Source: Deltaproteobacteria bacterium
Lineage (GTDB): Bacteria > Desulfobacterota > Binatia > UBA12015
Assembly: GCA_016874795.1 (NCBI GenBank)
Contig: VGTG01000004.1
Location: 11,734-75,733, forward strand
Direction of reading: 5' to 3'
Length of the DNA: 64,000 nucleotides
Both the position numbers and the translations under genes were made by a program. Below the pieces are notes generated by a model. That model did not search any database. It saw only the letters and a program-made list of their open reading frames with translations, and had not been told where the DNA came from. The first letter of the stretch is position 1; every line of letters begins with the position of its first letter. Shown here piece after piece: positions 37,156 through 47,368 of this stretch.

Positions 37156-38372
37156 TTCCCCGTCCCGCTGCTGCGCGGCAGACCGAGGACACGCTCGGCG
37201 ATGACGTTGCGCTGGATCTCTGACGTGCCGCCGCCGATCGTCGCAGCGCGCATGATGAGGTAGCTGAGGGGGACGTTCCCGCCCTTCAGTGCGTGCGGGG
37301 ACCCGCGGACGAGCGCGGCGTACGGTCCGGCGAGATCCATCGCATAGTCGGCCATGGCCTGATCCAGCTCCGACGTGAGGAGCTTCGCGATCGAGACCTC
37401 GGGCCCCGGGGAAGCACCGCGGAGGCTCGCGGCGTTCGCGCGCGCGGCGAGGTTGCGCAGCGCCTCCACCCGGACGGCGAAGCGTGCGAGATGCTCGCGC
37501 ACGATCGGATCCTCCCACCGTGGCTTCTCGTCGACGGTGATCTCTCGAGCGAGGGCGACGAGGATCTCGAGTCGTCGCTCGATCCGACTCGTGCGGGAGA
37601 GTCCGGCGCGCTCGTAGCGCAGCGTGGAGTTCGCGATCCGCCAGCCGGCGTTCTGCTCGCCGACGAGGCACCGTCGCGGCACGCGGACCTCGTCGAAGAA
37701 CACCTCGTTGAACTCGGACCTGCCGCTGATCTGCCGCAGCGGGCGGACCGTGATTCCCGGGGTGCGCATGTCGACGAGGAAGCAGCTGAGCCCCTCGTGC
37801 TTCGGCGCGCTCGGATCGGTCCGCGCGAGGACGTAGCACCAGTCCGCGAGATGGGCCTTCGACGTCCAGACCTTCTGGCCCGTCAGGACGAATTCGTCTC
37901 CGTCGAGAACGGCGCGCGTGCGAATGGCCGCGAGATCGCTCCCGGCGCCCGGCTCGCTGAATCCCTGACACCAGACGTCGTCGCCGGAGAGGATCCTCGG
38001 CAGGAAGTGCCCCTTCTGCCAGTCACTTCCCCACTGGATGATCGTCGGCCCGATGTAGGCGATGGCGCTTCGGTTGATCGGGTCGGGCGCGCGCCGACGC
38101 GCCATCTCCGAATCGTAGATCATCTGCTGGACGAAGCCGGCATCGCGGCCGCCGTACTCCTTCGGCCAGGCGATGGCGACGAGCCCCGCTTCGAACAGCC
38201 GGCGTTGCCACTCGCGCTGGAACTCGACACGCGAAGCCTCGTCGCGTGGCCCCTCGTACTCGAGCGTTCCCCAGCCCGCGGGCAGGCACTCGTCGAGAAA
38301 TGCGCGTACCTCGGCGCGGAACGCCTCGTCCTCGTGTGTGAGGTGGAGCTCGAGATCCGCGCGCCGCTTCAC
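37152..38372 (-). CDS. Acyl-CoA dehydrogenase
   Basis: QGFSEPGAGSDLAAIRT, QKVWTS, IGGGTSEIQRNVIA. GTG start; both ends overlap neighbours by 4 nt. Confidence 0.8.
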   Translation of the reverse strand: MKRRADLELHLTHEDEAFRAEVRAFLDECLPAGWGTLEYEGPRDEASRVEFQREWQRRLFEAGLVAIAWPKEYGGRDAGFVQQMIYDSEMARRRAPDPINRSAIAYIGPTIIQWGSDWQKGHFLPRILSGDDVWCQGFSEPGAGSDLAAIRTRAVLDGDEFVLTGQKVWTSKAHLADWCYVLARTDPSAPKHEGLSCFLVDMRTPGITVRPLRQISGRSEFNEVFFDEVRVPRRCLVGEQNAGWRIANSTLRYERAGLSRTSRIERRLEILVALAREITVDEKPRWEDPIVREHLARFAVRVEALRNLAARANAASLRGASPGPEVSIAKLLTSELDQAMADYAMDLAGPYAALVRGSPHALKGGNVPLSYLIMRAATIGGGTSEIQRNVIAERVLGLPRSSGTGK

Positions 38373-40486
38373 GGTGGAAGATCCTCGAGCGTGCACTCGC
38401 CGAGCCGCGGCGGAGGCTGCAAGGGGATCGCCGGTCCTCCGACGAATCGCCATGCGAGCCCGACGAGCTTCGCTTCGGCGAGGTCGGGATCGGGATGGTC
38501 GACTCTCGGAAAGAAGCCGCGCGCCCGGAGGTGAGGATCCTCGACCAAGTCGGCGCCGCTCCAGGCCGGGCAGGCGCGCACGCCGGCGCGCTGGAGCGAG
38601 TGGAAGAGGTCATTGGCGGCGACTTTACGCGTGAGCTCATCGAGCGCGAATTCGATCGTACGGCGAGTCTCCCAGCGTCGGGACTCGTCGCTCCAGCTCG
38701 GCTCGCGGAGAATTTCCGGGTTGCCGAGCGCTTCGACGAGCGCTCTCCACTCGCTGTCGGACTGCACGGAGATCGCGATCCAGCGACCGTCGGCGGTCGG
38801 ATGGAAGCCGTGCGGAGCGTGCGGAGGACGATCGCTCCCGGCGGGTATCGTGCGCTTCTCGGCGAGCGACGCCTCGGCGATGAACTCTCCCACCTTGTCG
38901 GCGACGACCTCGGCCATGGAGAGATCGACGACGCCTCCGTGCCGGCGCCGGCCGAGAGCCCAGGCGGCGATCACGGTTGCCGCCGTGAGGGCAGAGAGCG
39001 GGTCGGCGATCACGGTTCCGACGTGAAGCGGAGCGCCGTCCGCGGCGCGCGTCAAGTGACTCAGCCCGCCGTAGGCGTGGACGTTGTTCGCGTAGGCGCG
39101 GTACCCGGCGAGCGGCCCGGACTGTCCGAAGCCCGAGATGCTGACGAAAAGGAGATCGCGACGCGCGGAGGCTTCCGCCGCGACGCCGAGGCGCGCCATC
39201 CGCTTCGATCCGAAGTTCTCGAGCACGACGTCGCTCCAGCACGCGAGCCGGGGCGCTGCCTCGGGCTCCGCCTCGACGTCGACGGCGATGCTCCGCTTCG
39301 AGTGGTTCGATACGGCGAAGTACGCACCTCGTTCCTTCCCGGGAACACCGTGCGCGAACGGGCCGGTCCGACGATAGAGATCGAGCCGCGCGAGGTCTTC
39401 GAAGCGAACGACTTGCGCACCCATCGCGCCGAGCAGGGCACCGGCGATCGGTGCGGCGAGAACGTGAGTGAACTCCGCGACGCGGAGCCGACGCAGACCT
39501 GCGCCGTTGGCATCCGTGTCGCCGACCTGGCTCGCGCTCGGTGTCCACGTGTACGGACGGCCGGGAAGGCGGGCAGCGACGTCGCCGAGCTTCGCGCTCT
39601 CGAGGAAGCCGCGCGATGCGAGCTGTGGAGAGGCGAGGAGATCGTCCGGAGTGTTGACGGGCGTCGCCGGAACCCCGTGCGCTTGGAGTCTCTCGGCGCA
39701 GTCGTGGATGCCGAACGCCGCGGTCCAGCTCTCGATCTCGCGATTGATCGCCTCCGCGTTCGTTGCGCGGGCCTCGCGGCCTTCGAAACCGCGCGTCCAG
39801 CCGGGAGTTCCGAGAGCGCGAACGAGCCCTGCCCATTGATGGTCGTCGGGTGCGGTGATCCGAACGAATCCGTTGCGGCAGCGAAAGAGGCCGGAGGGTG
39901 CGACGTAACGGCCGCTACCTGCGCGTCCGGGGCACGCGTAGATCGCATGCGCGCACTCCGGCAAGGCGCCGAGCATCGCCACGGCTTCCTGCGCGGACAC
40001 GTCGACGTGCACGGGGCGGCCGGTCTCGCGTCTCCGGTCGAGCCCGTGGAGCGCCGCGAGCGCCGCGACCTGCCCGGTCGCGAGCAGCCCCTGGAAGCCC
40101 GGCAGGAGGGAAGGGCGTCCGCCGTCGCGGGGTGCGATCGTCGCAGCGAGACCGCCGGCGGCCGAGGAGACGAGCTCGGAGCCGAGGTACTTCGAGTACG
40201 GGCCCGTCAGGCCGAACGCCGTCGTCGTCACCCAGACGCCCTCGTCGTGGCGCTCGACGAGACGGACGTACTTCGCGAGGTCGCGAGGCAGACCGGCGTC
40301 GTCGACGACGCGATCGCAGACGATGATGTCGGCGCCGGCGAGAAGTCCCGAACCGAGCGAAGCTTCCCGTGTCGTCTTGTCGCGATCGAGGAGGGCGCTC
40401 AGGATCGAGATCCGACCGCCCGAAGAGGTCGCGAGGTTCGGCGCGTAGGCCGGCGGGACACTCGCCGCGGGCACGAGCTTCGTCAC
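38369..40486 (-). CDS. Tandem-fused family III CoA-transferase (two CaiB/BaiF-like modules in one 705-aa polypeptide)
   Basis: The first module has GADIIVCD... and the second starts at about residue 330 with LRVAEFTHVLAAPIAGALLGAMGAQVVRFE (the Rossmann N-motif repeated). The exact start is uncertain. Confidence 0.75.
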   Translation of the reverse strand: MTKLVPAASVPPAYAPNLATSSGGRISILSALLDRDKTTREASLGSGLLAGADIIVCDRVVDDAGLPRDLAKYVRLVERHDEGVWVTTTAFGLTGPYSKYLGSELVSSAAGGLAATIAPRDGGRPSLLPGFQGLLATGQVAALAALHGLDRRRETGRPVHVDVSAQEAVAMLGALPECAHAIYACPGRAGSGRYVAPSGLFRCRNGFVRITAPDDHQWAGLVRALGTPGWTRGFEGREARATNAEAINREIESWTAAFGIHDCAERLQAHGVPATPVNTPDDLLASPQLASRGFLESAKLGDVAARLPGRPYTWTPSASQVGDTDANGAGLRRLRVAEFTHVLAAPIAGALLGAMGAQVVRFEDLARLDLYRRTGPFAHGVPGKERGAYFAVSNHSKRSIAVDVEAEPEAAPRLACWSDVVLENFGSKRMARLGVAAEASARRDLLFVSISGFGQSGPLAGYRAYANNVHAYGGLSHLTRAADGAPLHVGTVIADPLSALTAATVIAAWALGRRRHGGVVDLSMAEVVADKVGEFIAEASLAEKRTIPAGSDRPPHAPHGFHPTADGRWIAISVQSDSEWRALVEALGNPEILREPSWSDESRRWETRRTIEFALDELTRKVAANDLFHSLQRAGVRACPAWSGADLVEDPHLRARGFFPRVDHPDPDLAEAKLVGLAWRFVGGPAIPLQPPPRLGECTLEDLPP

Positions 40487-40606
40487 GGACGCGCCGAGGC
40501 TTCGAAGGATCGCCGTGCAGCTCGCGCCGGCGATGCCGGATCCGAGCTCGACGACCCGGATTCCGCTCAGCGCCGCGAAGGAAGGAGTGTCCGTGGAACC
40601 CTCGGT

Positions 40607-41257
40607 CTAGGTGAGTCCGCGGATCACGTGCTCCCGGAAGAAGCGTCGCCAGGTCTCCGGATCGGATCCGTTGAAGGTCACCGCGGGCATCGACGAGATC
40701 GTGAACAGCATCCGCCCGATCCACTCGGAGGCCCGTCGCGCGTTGACGTTGCTCCGCAGCTCTCCTCGCTTGATCGCCGCTTCGACGAACGGCACGAGGA
40801 ATTCGACCGTGTCGCGGAGGAGGGGCTCGGAGTGGCTCGTGAGCAGCATCGCGAGTCGCTCCCGACTCACGTCGATCCGACTGCGAGCGCCGCTCGCGAC
40901 GTCGTGCTCGAACGAGGAGAGGATCCCTGCGCATTCCACGACCTGCTCTTCGAGCGTGGCGAGGCTCTCGAGCTGCTTCCGCATGCTGTCGTGGAACAGA
41001 TGGCTCTCGTACGCGAAGACGGCCTCGATCAGCTCGGCGCGCTCCGTGAAATAGCGATAGACGGTCCCACGCGAGAGATTCGCAGCCTTTGCGACGTCGG
41101 AGATGGACGTCTTCTCGGTTCCGAAGCGGAGAAAGCATGCACGCGCGGCGCGAAGGATTTGCTCGCGGACGCGCTCCTGCGCCGATTCGGGAACGGTCGC
41201 GACGGGAGCCGTCGTCGCGGACGGCGTGCGAACCTTTCGAGCTTGGCTGGCGCCCAT
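40607..41257 (-). CDS. TetR-family transcriptional regulator
   Basis: ISDVAKAANLSRGTVYRYFTERAEL is a TetR HTH. Confidence 0.8.
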   Translation of the reverse strand: MGASQARKVRTPSATTAPVATVPESAQERVREQILRAARACFLRFGTEKTSISDVAKAANLSRGTVYRYFTERAELIEAVFAYESHLFHDSMRKQLESLATLEEQVVECAGILSSFEHDVASGARSRIDVSRERLAMLLTSHSEPLLRDTVEFLVPFVEAAIKRGELRSNVNARRASEWIGRMLFTISSMPAVTFNGSDPETWRRFFREHVIRGLT

Positions 41258-41312
41258 GAGGCGATGCTACAGGATTTGACTCATTGTCTCAACGACGACT
41301 ACGCTGCCCGGC

Positions 41313-42218
41313 ATGGGTGAGCTCGATCGTCGCGTCGTCGTGGTGACGGGAGCCGGCCGTGGCATCGGTGCGGCCGTCGCCGAGGGTCTCGCTGCCGAAG
41401 GCGCGAGGGTCGTGGTCAATGACCTCGGCGTCGCTCTCGACGGGTCGACTCCCGAGGACGGGCCTGCGCACGAAGTCGCGGCCCACATCCGGGGGGCCGG
41501 AGGCGAGGCGATCGCCGATGCGAGCGACGTCACGGACTTTGCGGCGGCCGAGCGACTCATCGCGAAGGCGGTGCAGGAGTTCGGCCGACTCGACGTCCTG
41601 ATCAACGTCGCCGGCATCCTGCGCGACGGGATGATCTTCAAGATGGCGGAGGAGCAGTGGGACGCCGTGATCGACGTCCATCTGAAGGGCACCTTCAACA
41701 CCACCCGGCACGCTTCGGCGTACTGGAGGGAGAACCGCGGCGGAGAGTTCCGGCTGATCAATTTCACCTCAGCTTCGGGCCTCTATGGTGCGCCGTCCCA
41801 GCCCAACTACGCCGCCGCGAAGATGGGCATCATCGGGCTGACGTTCTCGTGCGCGAACGCGCTTCGGCAGTACGGAGTGACGTCGAACGCGGTCTCGCCC
41901 ATCGCGACCACGCGGATGACCATGACCGTCGACAAGGGCCGGGCCATCGGACGCTACACGCCAGAGAACGGGCGCCTCGACGCGAGGAATGTGGTCCCGG
42001 CCGTCGCCTATCTCGCGAGCGAGCGGTCGGGATGGCTGAACCGTCGCGTGATCACCGCGGGCAACGGTCGGATCGGTTTGATGAACGAGCCCGATCTGCA
42101 GCGGGAGATCACCGCCTCGAGCGGCGTCTGGGACGTCCCGACGGCGTTCGCGGAGATCGAGGACTCGTTCCGCGCGGCGGTCCAGCATCCGAACATCTTC
42201 GATCGTCCGCGCGGCTGA
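41313..42218 (+). CDS. Short-chain dehydrogenase/reductase (SDR)
   Basis: VVVTGAGRGIGAA Rossmann motif, NVAG, YAAAK catalytic motif. Confidence 0.85.
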   Translation: MGELDRRVVVVTGAGRGIGAAVAEGLAAEGARVVVNDLGVALDGSTPEDGPAHEVAAHIRGAGGEAIADASDVTDFAAAERLIAKAVQEFGRLDVLINVAGILRDGMIFKMAEEQWDAVIDVHLKGTFNTTRHASAYWRENRGGEFRLINFTSASGLYGAPSQPNYAAAKMGIIGLTFSCANALRQYGVTSNAVSPIATTRMTMTVDKGRAIGRYTPENGRLDARNVVPAVAYLASERSGWLNRRVITAGNGRIGLMNEPDLQREITASSGVWDVPTAFAEIEDSFRAAVQHPNIFDRPRG

Positions 42219-42235
42219 GGACGAGCTCCGCCTGC

Positions 42236-43282
42236 TCACGGAGTCTCCTTCGCCTCACCGAGCCACGCTTCGGCGAGCCGGGAGTACTGGAAGTGCTCGT
42301 CGCCGAGGACGACGCGGCCGAGCAACGCACGGCGCAGATGGACGTGCGGCATGGCTTCCCACGTCATGCCGATCCCGCCGTGCATCTGGATCGCCGTCTC
42401 GCAGACCTCGCGCGCGTGCTCGGACGCGTAGGCCTTCGCGGTCCGCGCCGCCTCGAGCGCGGCGCGTGGAGGCAGGGCATCGACCGCCCACGCCGCATGG
42501 AGCGCGCACCCCCGCGCCGCCTCGACCGAGACGAGCGCTTCCGCGGCCATGTGCTGCAGAGCCTGGAAGGTCGCGACCTTGACGCCGAACTGCTCGCGAT
42601 CGGAGGTGTAGGCGACCGCGCGATCGAGCGCCGCTTGCATGATGCCCGAGAGATCCGCGGCGAGAGCCGAAAGGGCGAGCGCGAGAGCGCGGTCTCGTGC
42701 CTCTGCCTCGAGCGGCTGTCCGAGGTGGCCGATCGCGAGAGGTCGTGAATCGCGCGGGACTCGCCGCAGCACGCGCGTCAGGTCCTGGCTCTCGAGCGGC
42801 GCGCCGAGCTCGACGACACCGATGTGGCCGCTCACGGGGTCGACAACGAGGCCTCCCACCGCACCGCCGGCCTCGAACGCGATCCCGTCCTCGCCCGCTC
42901 TTGCCCATCGCTGGAGCCGCACGTCGAGCACCGGTGCGAGACGAAGCTCGCCGGCTCCGAGCGAGCGCAGGACGTCCTCGGAGGCGCCCGCTTCGCGGAG
43001 GACCTGGCTCACGCACACCGCGGAGCCGATGAACGGAAGCGGCACGGAGAAACGGCCGAGCTGCTCTGCGACGAGCGCGATCTCGACGCCCGACGAGGGC
43101 GCTCCACCGACGAACTCCGGGAGTCGCATTCCGAGGAAGCCGACCTCGGCGAGCTTTTTCCACGAAGCCGAACCATCCGCGGGAGGTTCGAGGCTCGCCG
43201 GGGAGTCGGGTGCGAGCGCGCGTGCCAGCTGCTCCGCGGTTTCCTGGATCTGCCGTTGCTCGTCCGTCAGCCGGGCGTCCAC
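42236..43282 (-). CDS. Acyl-CoA dehydrogenase-like protein (short form, 348 aa)
   Basis: ACAD middle and C-terminal domains (REQFGVKVATFQALQHM...IQMHGGIG). Confidence 0.7.
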   Translation of the reverse strand: MDARLTDEQRQIQETAEQLARALAPDSPASLEPPADGSASWKKLAEVGFLGMRLPEFVGGAPSSGVEIALVAEQLGRFSVPLPFIGSAVCVSQVLREAGASEDVLRSLGAGELRLAPVLDVRLQRWARAGEDGIAFEAGGAVGGLVVDPVSGHIGVVELGAPLESQDLTRVLRRVPRDSRPLAIGHLGQPLEAEARDRALALALSALAADLSGIMQAALDRAVAYTSDREQFGVKVATFQALQHMAAEALVSVEAARGCALHAAWAVDALPPRAALEAARTAKAYASEHAREVCETAIQMHGGIGMTWEAMPHVHLRRALLGRVVLGDEHFQYSRLAEAWLGEAKETP

Positions 43283-43377
43283 GCGCTCCTCCTCCGGGCG
43301 AGGCGAAGCGTACCGGACGGCTTGCGTTCGTGCGAATCAAAAGTACAATTTCAGTCTGATTGTCCGATCCCGGCTCG

Positions 43378-44748
43378 ATGGAGGGACGACGCGTGTCCGA
43401 CAGCAACGGAGTACCCGAGCAGTGGCGGCTGGGCGACGCGTTCGTGCCCAAGGGCCGCTACGTCGATCGGGAGTTCTTGCAGCTCGAGTACGACCGGCTC
43501 TTCCCCAAGGTCTGGCAGATGGCGTGCCGCGAGGAGGAGATCCCGGACGTCGGCTCCTATCTCGAGTACAAGATCGGTGATCAATCGATCATCGTCGTTC
43601 GCTCTGGAGCGGATCGAATCCAGGCGTTTCACAACAGCTGCATCCATCGCGGCAGCAGGCTGATCCAGCATGCCGGCTGTGCCACCGAGTTCCGGTGTCC
43701 GTTTCACGGCTGGCGCTATTCCCTGGATGGGAAGTGCACGTTCATCCACTTCGAAGAAGAGTTCGACCACCGCCCCGACGAGTTCAAGCGGCTCCGCGAC
43801 GCGCGATGCGAGCGGTGGGGCGGCTGGGTCTTCGTCAACATGGATCGCGACGCCGAGCCGCTCCTCGACTGGCTCGATCCCTTGCCGAAAGTCCTCGGGC
43901 CCTTCGAGCCCGAGCGAATGCGGTATGCGTGGCACAAGCGCACGATCCTCCCTGCGAACTGGAAGACGGCGATCGATGCGTTCATCGAGGGCTATCACAC
44001 TCCCGCGACGCATCCGCAGTACATTCGACTCTCCGTGAACGGAACACGTGACGCGAGCCCGTGCTCGGTCGACGAGTACGCGTTCGCGCCCTACAACCCG
44101 ACGTTCACCTTTCGTAATTGCTCGCGGTTCGTCTTCGGCGTGCGCGAGGACGCACCCGTCGCCGGCGCGGCGGCGCGCGGCAACCCGGCGCAGATCCGAG
44201 CGCTCATCGCCTACCAGCTCGACCAGCTCCGCGCGCTCAACAACGAGCACGATCTGCGAGCCGCGGAGGAGCTCCTTCGGATCGACGCGGGCGATACTCC
44301 CATCTACCAGGTGTTCGGAGAGCTCCGTCGCAAGTTCGCCGAGGAGGCCGGCGTCGCCCCTCCGGATCTCACTCTCCAGCAGATTGCCGCCGGGCAAGGC
44401 GACTGGCACTTCCATCCGACGATGGTCAACCTCGTCGAGCCCGGCAGCATCCTCGGCTACCGCTCGCTACCGAACGGGGACGATCCGGACTCCTGCATCT
44501 TCGACGTCTGGTCCTTGTACTTCTGGCCCGAGGGCGGCGCGCCGAAGGTCGAGCTCGAGTTCGTCGAGCGCTGGAAGGACGGCGACTGGGGCGAAGTCCT
44601 GACGCAGGATTTCCGCAACATGGGGGCCGTCCAGCAAGGGATGCACTCGCTCGGGTTCGAGGGCCACTGGCTCAACCGCAAGCAGGAGATGTCGATCCAC
44701 AACGCGCACCGCATCGCGGATCGGTTTCTCTTCGGTGTGGATGCTTGA
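43378..44748 (+). CDS. Rieske non-heme iron oxygenase, alpha (catalytic) subunit
   Basis: Rieske ligands CIHRG...(17 aa)...CPFHGW, then a mononuclear-iron catalytic domain. A relatively AT-richer spacer lies upstream (aatcaaaagtacaatttcag). The ATG start at 43378 was preferred over the TTG at 43360. Confidence 0.8.
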   Translation: MEGRRVSDSNGVPEQWRLGDAFVPKGRYVDREFLQLEYDRLFPKVWQMACREEEIPDVGSYLEYKIGDQSIIVVRSGADRIQAFHNSCIHRGSRLIQHAGCATEFRCPFHGWRYSLDGKCTFIHFEEEFDHRPDEFKRLRDARCERWGGWVFVNMDRDAEPLLDWLDPLPKVLGPFEPERMRYAWHKRTILPANWKTAIDAFIEGYHTPATHPQYIRLSVNGTRDASPCSVDEYAFAPYNPTFTFRNCSRFVFGVREDAPVAGAAARGNPAQIRALIAYQLDQLRALNNEHDLRAAEELLRIDAGDTPIYQVFGELRRKFAEEAGVAPPDLTLQQIAAGQGDWHFHPTMVNLVEPGSILGYRSLPNGDDPDSCIFDVWSLYFWPEGGAPKVELEFVERWKDGDWGEVLTQDFRNMGAVQQGMHSLGFEGHWLNRKQEMSIHNAHRIADRFLFGVDA

Positions 44749-45479
44749 GCCGCGTGGCCCTCGTCACCGGCGGCTCTCGCGGGATCGGTCTCGCGATCGC
44801 TCGCCGGCTCGTGGAAGACGGACTCACGGTCTGCGTCGTGGACGTCAACGAGAAGGCGCTCGCTCGCCTGGAAGGCGCGGGACTCGATGCGGAACGTTTT
44901 CAATCGCGGCACGTGTCCGTCCTCGATCGTGACGCGATGGGGCGCGTGATGGAGGAGCTCGTCGCGCACCACGGCAGCCTCGACGTGCTCGTCAACAACG
45001 CGGGAATGACGCGCGCCGGGACGCTCCTCACGCAGACGGACGAGGATTGGGACCTCGTGATCGACACGAACCTGAAGGGACCGTTCGTCTGCAGCCAGCT
45101 CGCCGCACGACACATGAAAGCCGGTGGCGGCGGGGCGATCGTCAACATCGGCTCCGTCTCGGCGCACGGGATCCGGAGCGGTCCGCCGGCATACGCGGCG
45201 GCCAAGGCGGGCCTCGAGGGTCTGACCCGCAACGCGGCGATCGAGCTCGGCCGCGACGGAATCCGCGTCAACCTCATCGTCCTCGGCACGATCGAGTCGG
45301 AGTGGCTTCTGCAGCGAAAGACGGCCGACGAGCTCGAGGAAATGCGATCGAGCACGCTGACGGGGCGACTCGGGAGGCCGGAGGATGTCGCCTCGGTCGT
45401 CTCGTTTCTCGTGTCCGAGAATGCAGGCCACGTCACGGGCCAGCTCTTCTCCGTTTCCGGAGGGCAATGGCTGCCTTGA
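44744..45479 (+). CDS. Short-chain dehydrogenase/reductase (SDR)
   Basis: ALVTGGSRGIGLAIA, NNAG, S-x12-YAAAK. The start is TTG 44744 or GTG 44756. Confidence 0.8.
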
Positions 45480-45500
45480 GCGGCCGGGCGAGTGAAACCG

Positions 45501-46412
45501 ATGAGCGACTCGAAGAAGTATGGAGCCGACCTCGAAGTCGACGAGGACCCCGAGTCCTGGGTCCTCTACGAGACGCTCGAAGGCGGGATCGCACGCGTCA
45601 CGCTGAATCGCCCGCATCGGAAGAACGCGATCCTTTCTCCGGACATGCACGTGATTCTCGCGGAGCGTCTCGCACGAGCGAACGACGACGACGAGGTCAA
45701 GGTGATCGTGCTCGCGGGCGCGGGGAGCGACTTCTGCTCCGGCGACGACGTGCGCCGCATGCCCGTCGAGCGGGCAGGTCTCAAGAAGGGAAAGAAGCTG
45801 CCGCAGACGGCGCGCATCCGGAACGCAGTGCGGCTGGACGAGAACCTGCGAAATCTTCTCTTCACCTCGAAGACCGTCATCGCGGCTTGCCAGGGCGCCG
45901 TCATCGGCGCGGGCTTGAACCTGGCGCTCGCCGCCGATCTCGTCGTCGCGGCGGACACGGCGTACTTCGCGCGTCCGCAGGCACGCATCGGATTCGCCGG
46001 GTTCAGCACGGCCCTGCCCCTCGTGCTCCTCAAGATGGGTGTCAACCGCGGCTACGAGGCGATGATCACCGGCCGGAAGGTGAAGGCAGCGGAGCTGAAG
46101 GACTGGGGCGTCGTGAACTCCGTGGTCCCCGAGGCGGATCTCGCCGGTGAGGCTCTTCGCTACGCGAAGGCGATCGCGAGCCACTCGGCGGACGGCCTCA
46201 TGATCGGCAAGCACGGCCTGCACATGTTCTGGGAGCTGATGGGCATGTCGACGTACGGCGCCTTCGTGAAGATGGCTCACCCGCTCTTCACGAACCTCGT
46301 CTGGCGCGATGACGAGTTCAACTTCCTCCGCGAGCGAAACGGGCGCGGCGCCAAGGAGGCGCTCGCCGAGCTGAACAAGCGGTGGAAGGACCTGGGCTTC
46401 GACGAAGAGTGA
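45501..46412 (+). CDS. Enoyl-CoA hydratase/isomerase family
   Basis: ARVTLNRPHRKNA...CQGAVIGAGLNLALAADL is crotonase. Confidence 0.8.
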   Translation: MSDSKKYGADLEVDEDPESWVLYETLEGGIARVTLNRPHRKNAILSPDMHVILAERLARANDDDEVKVIVLAGAGSDFCSGDDVRRMPVERAGLKKGKKLPQTARIRNAVRLDENLRNLLFTSKTVIAACQGAVIGAGLNLALAADLVVAADTAYFARPQARIGFAGFSTALPLVLLKMGVNRGYEAMITGRKVKAAELKDWGVVNSVVPEADLAGEALRYAKAIASHSADGLMIGKHGLHMFWELMGMSTYGAFVKMAHPLFTNLVWRDDEFNFLRERNGRGAKEALAELNKRWKDLGFDEE

Positions 46413-46416
46413 TCTC

Positions 46417-47364
46417 GTGAACGCCGAATATGCCCGGCTCGAGCCGCGCACGGTGACCACCGGGCTCGAGTTCCCCGAGGGCCCGGTCGCATTGCGCGAC
46501 GGCAGCGTGCTGCTGAGCGAGGTCCGCGCCGGCCGGATCACGCGAGTCGACCCGGATGGAGCGAAGCGAACCTGCGCCGAAGCGGGCGGCGGGCCGAACG
46601 GTGCCGCCCTCGGACCTGACGGCGATCTCTACGTTTGCAACAACGGGGGCTCGCAGTGGGCGAAGCGCGCTTGGCCGTATGCGGATCCCGGAGCGATCGA
46701 GCTCCTCCTGCCCCTCGGTGCCGAGCCGGGCGCGTGCATTCAGCGTGTGGACGTCGACTCGGGGCGGGTCGAGAGCGTCTACGCCGCCTGTGAGGGAGAG
46801 CCTCTTCGCCGGCCCAACGACATCGTGTTCGACGCCGAGGGCGGCTTCTGGTTCACCGACAGCGGCGGCGGGACCTCGCGCGTCCGACACGCGACCGGTG
46901 TTCTCTACGCGACGCCGGACGGCTCTCGCATCGAGGAGGTGATCCACCCGCTCGAGATGCCGAACGGCATCGGACTGAGCCCCGACGGCGAGACGCTCCA
47001 CGTCGTGGAGACGCGCACGCGAAGGTTGTGGGCGTGCTCTCTCGCAGGTCCGGGCCGAGTGAAATCCAGGCGCTTGCTCGCCACGATCCCGTCGGGCGGT
47101 CCCCTGAACGTCGGCGGCTGCGATTCTCTCTGCGTCGATGCACGCGGGAACGTTCTCGTCGCGACTCTCGGCAGCGGCGGCGTGACCGTCGTCTCGCCAG
47201 CGGGAGAGGTCGTGGCGCACGTGCCTCTCGAGGATCCGATGACCACGAACGCGTGCTTCGGGGGGCCGGACCTCCGGACGTTGTTCGTCACGGCGGGCGC
47301 GACGGGCGCACTCGTCGCGTTCGACGGCTGGCCGGTCCCCGGTCTGCCGCTCGCCTTCGGGTGA
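46417..47364 (+). CDS. SMP-30/gluconolactonase/LRE-like beta-propeller hydrolase
   Basis: LEFPEGPV..., NDIVFDAEGGFWFTD, PNGIGLSPDGETL are six-bladed propeller signatures. GTG start. Confidence 0.75.
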   Translation: MNAEYARLEPRTVTTGLEFPEGPVALRDGSVLLSEVRAGRITRVDPDGAKRTCAEAGGGPNGAALGPDGDLYVCNNGGSQWAKRAWPYADPGAIELLLPLGAEPGACIQRVDVDSGRVESVYAACEGEPLRRPNDIVFDAEGGFWFTDSGGGTSRVRHATGVLYATPDGSRIEEVIHPLEMPNGIGLSPDGETLHVVETRTRRLWACSLAGPGRVKSRRLLATIPSGGPLNVGGCDSLCVDARGNVLVATLGSGGVTVVSPAGEVVAHVPLEDPMTTNACFGGPDLRTLFVTAGATGALVAFDGWPVPGLPLAFG

Positions 47365-47368
47365 ATCG

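Noticed and set aside
38495-41320. 941-aa ORF on the plus strand
   Set aside because: It is antisense to the tandem CoA-transferase and the TetR gene, and its composition is junk.
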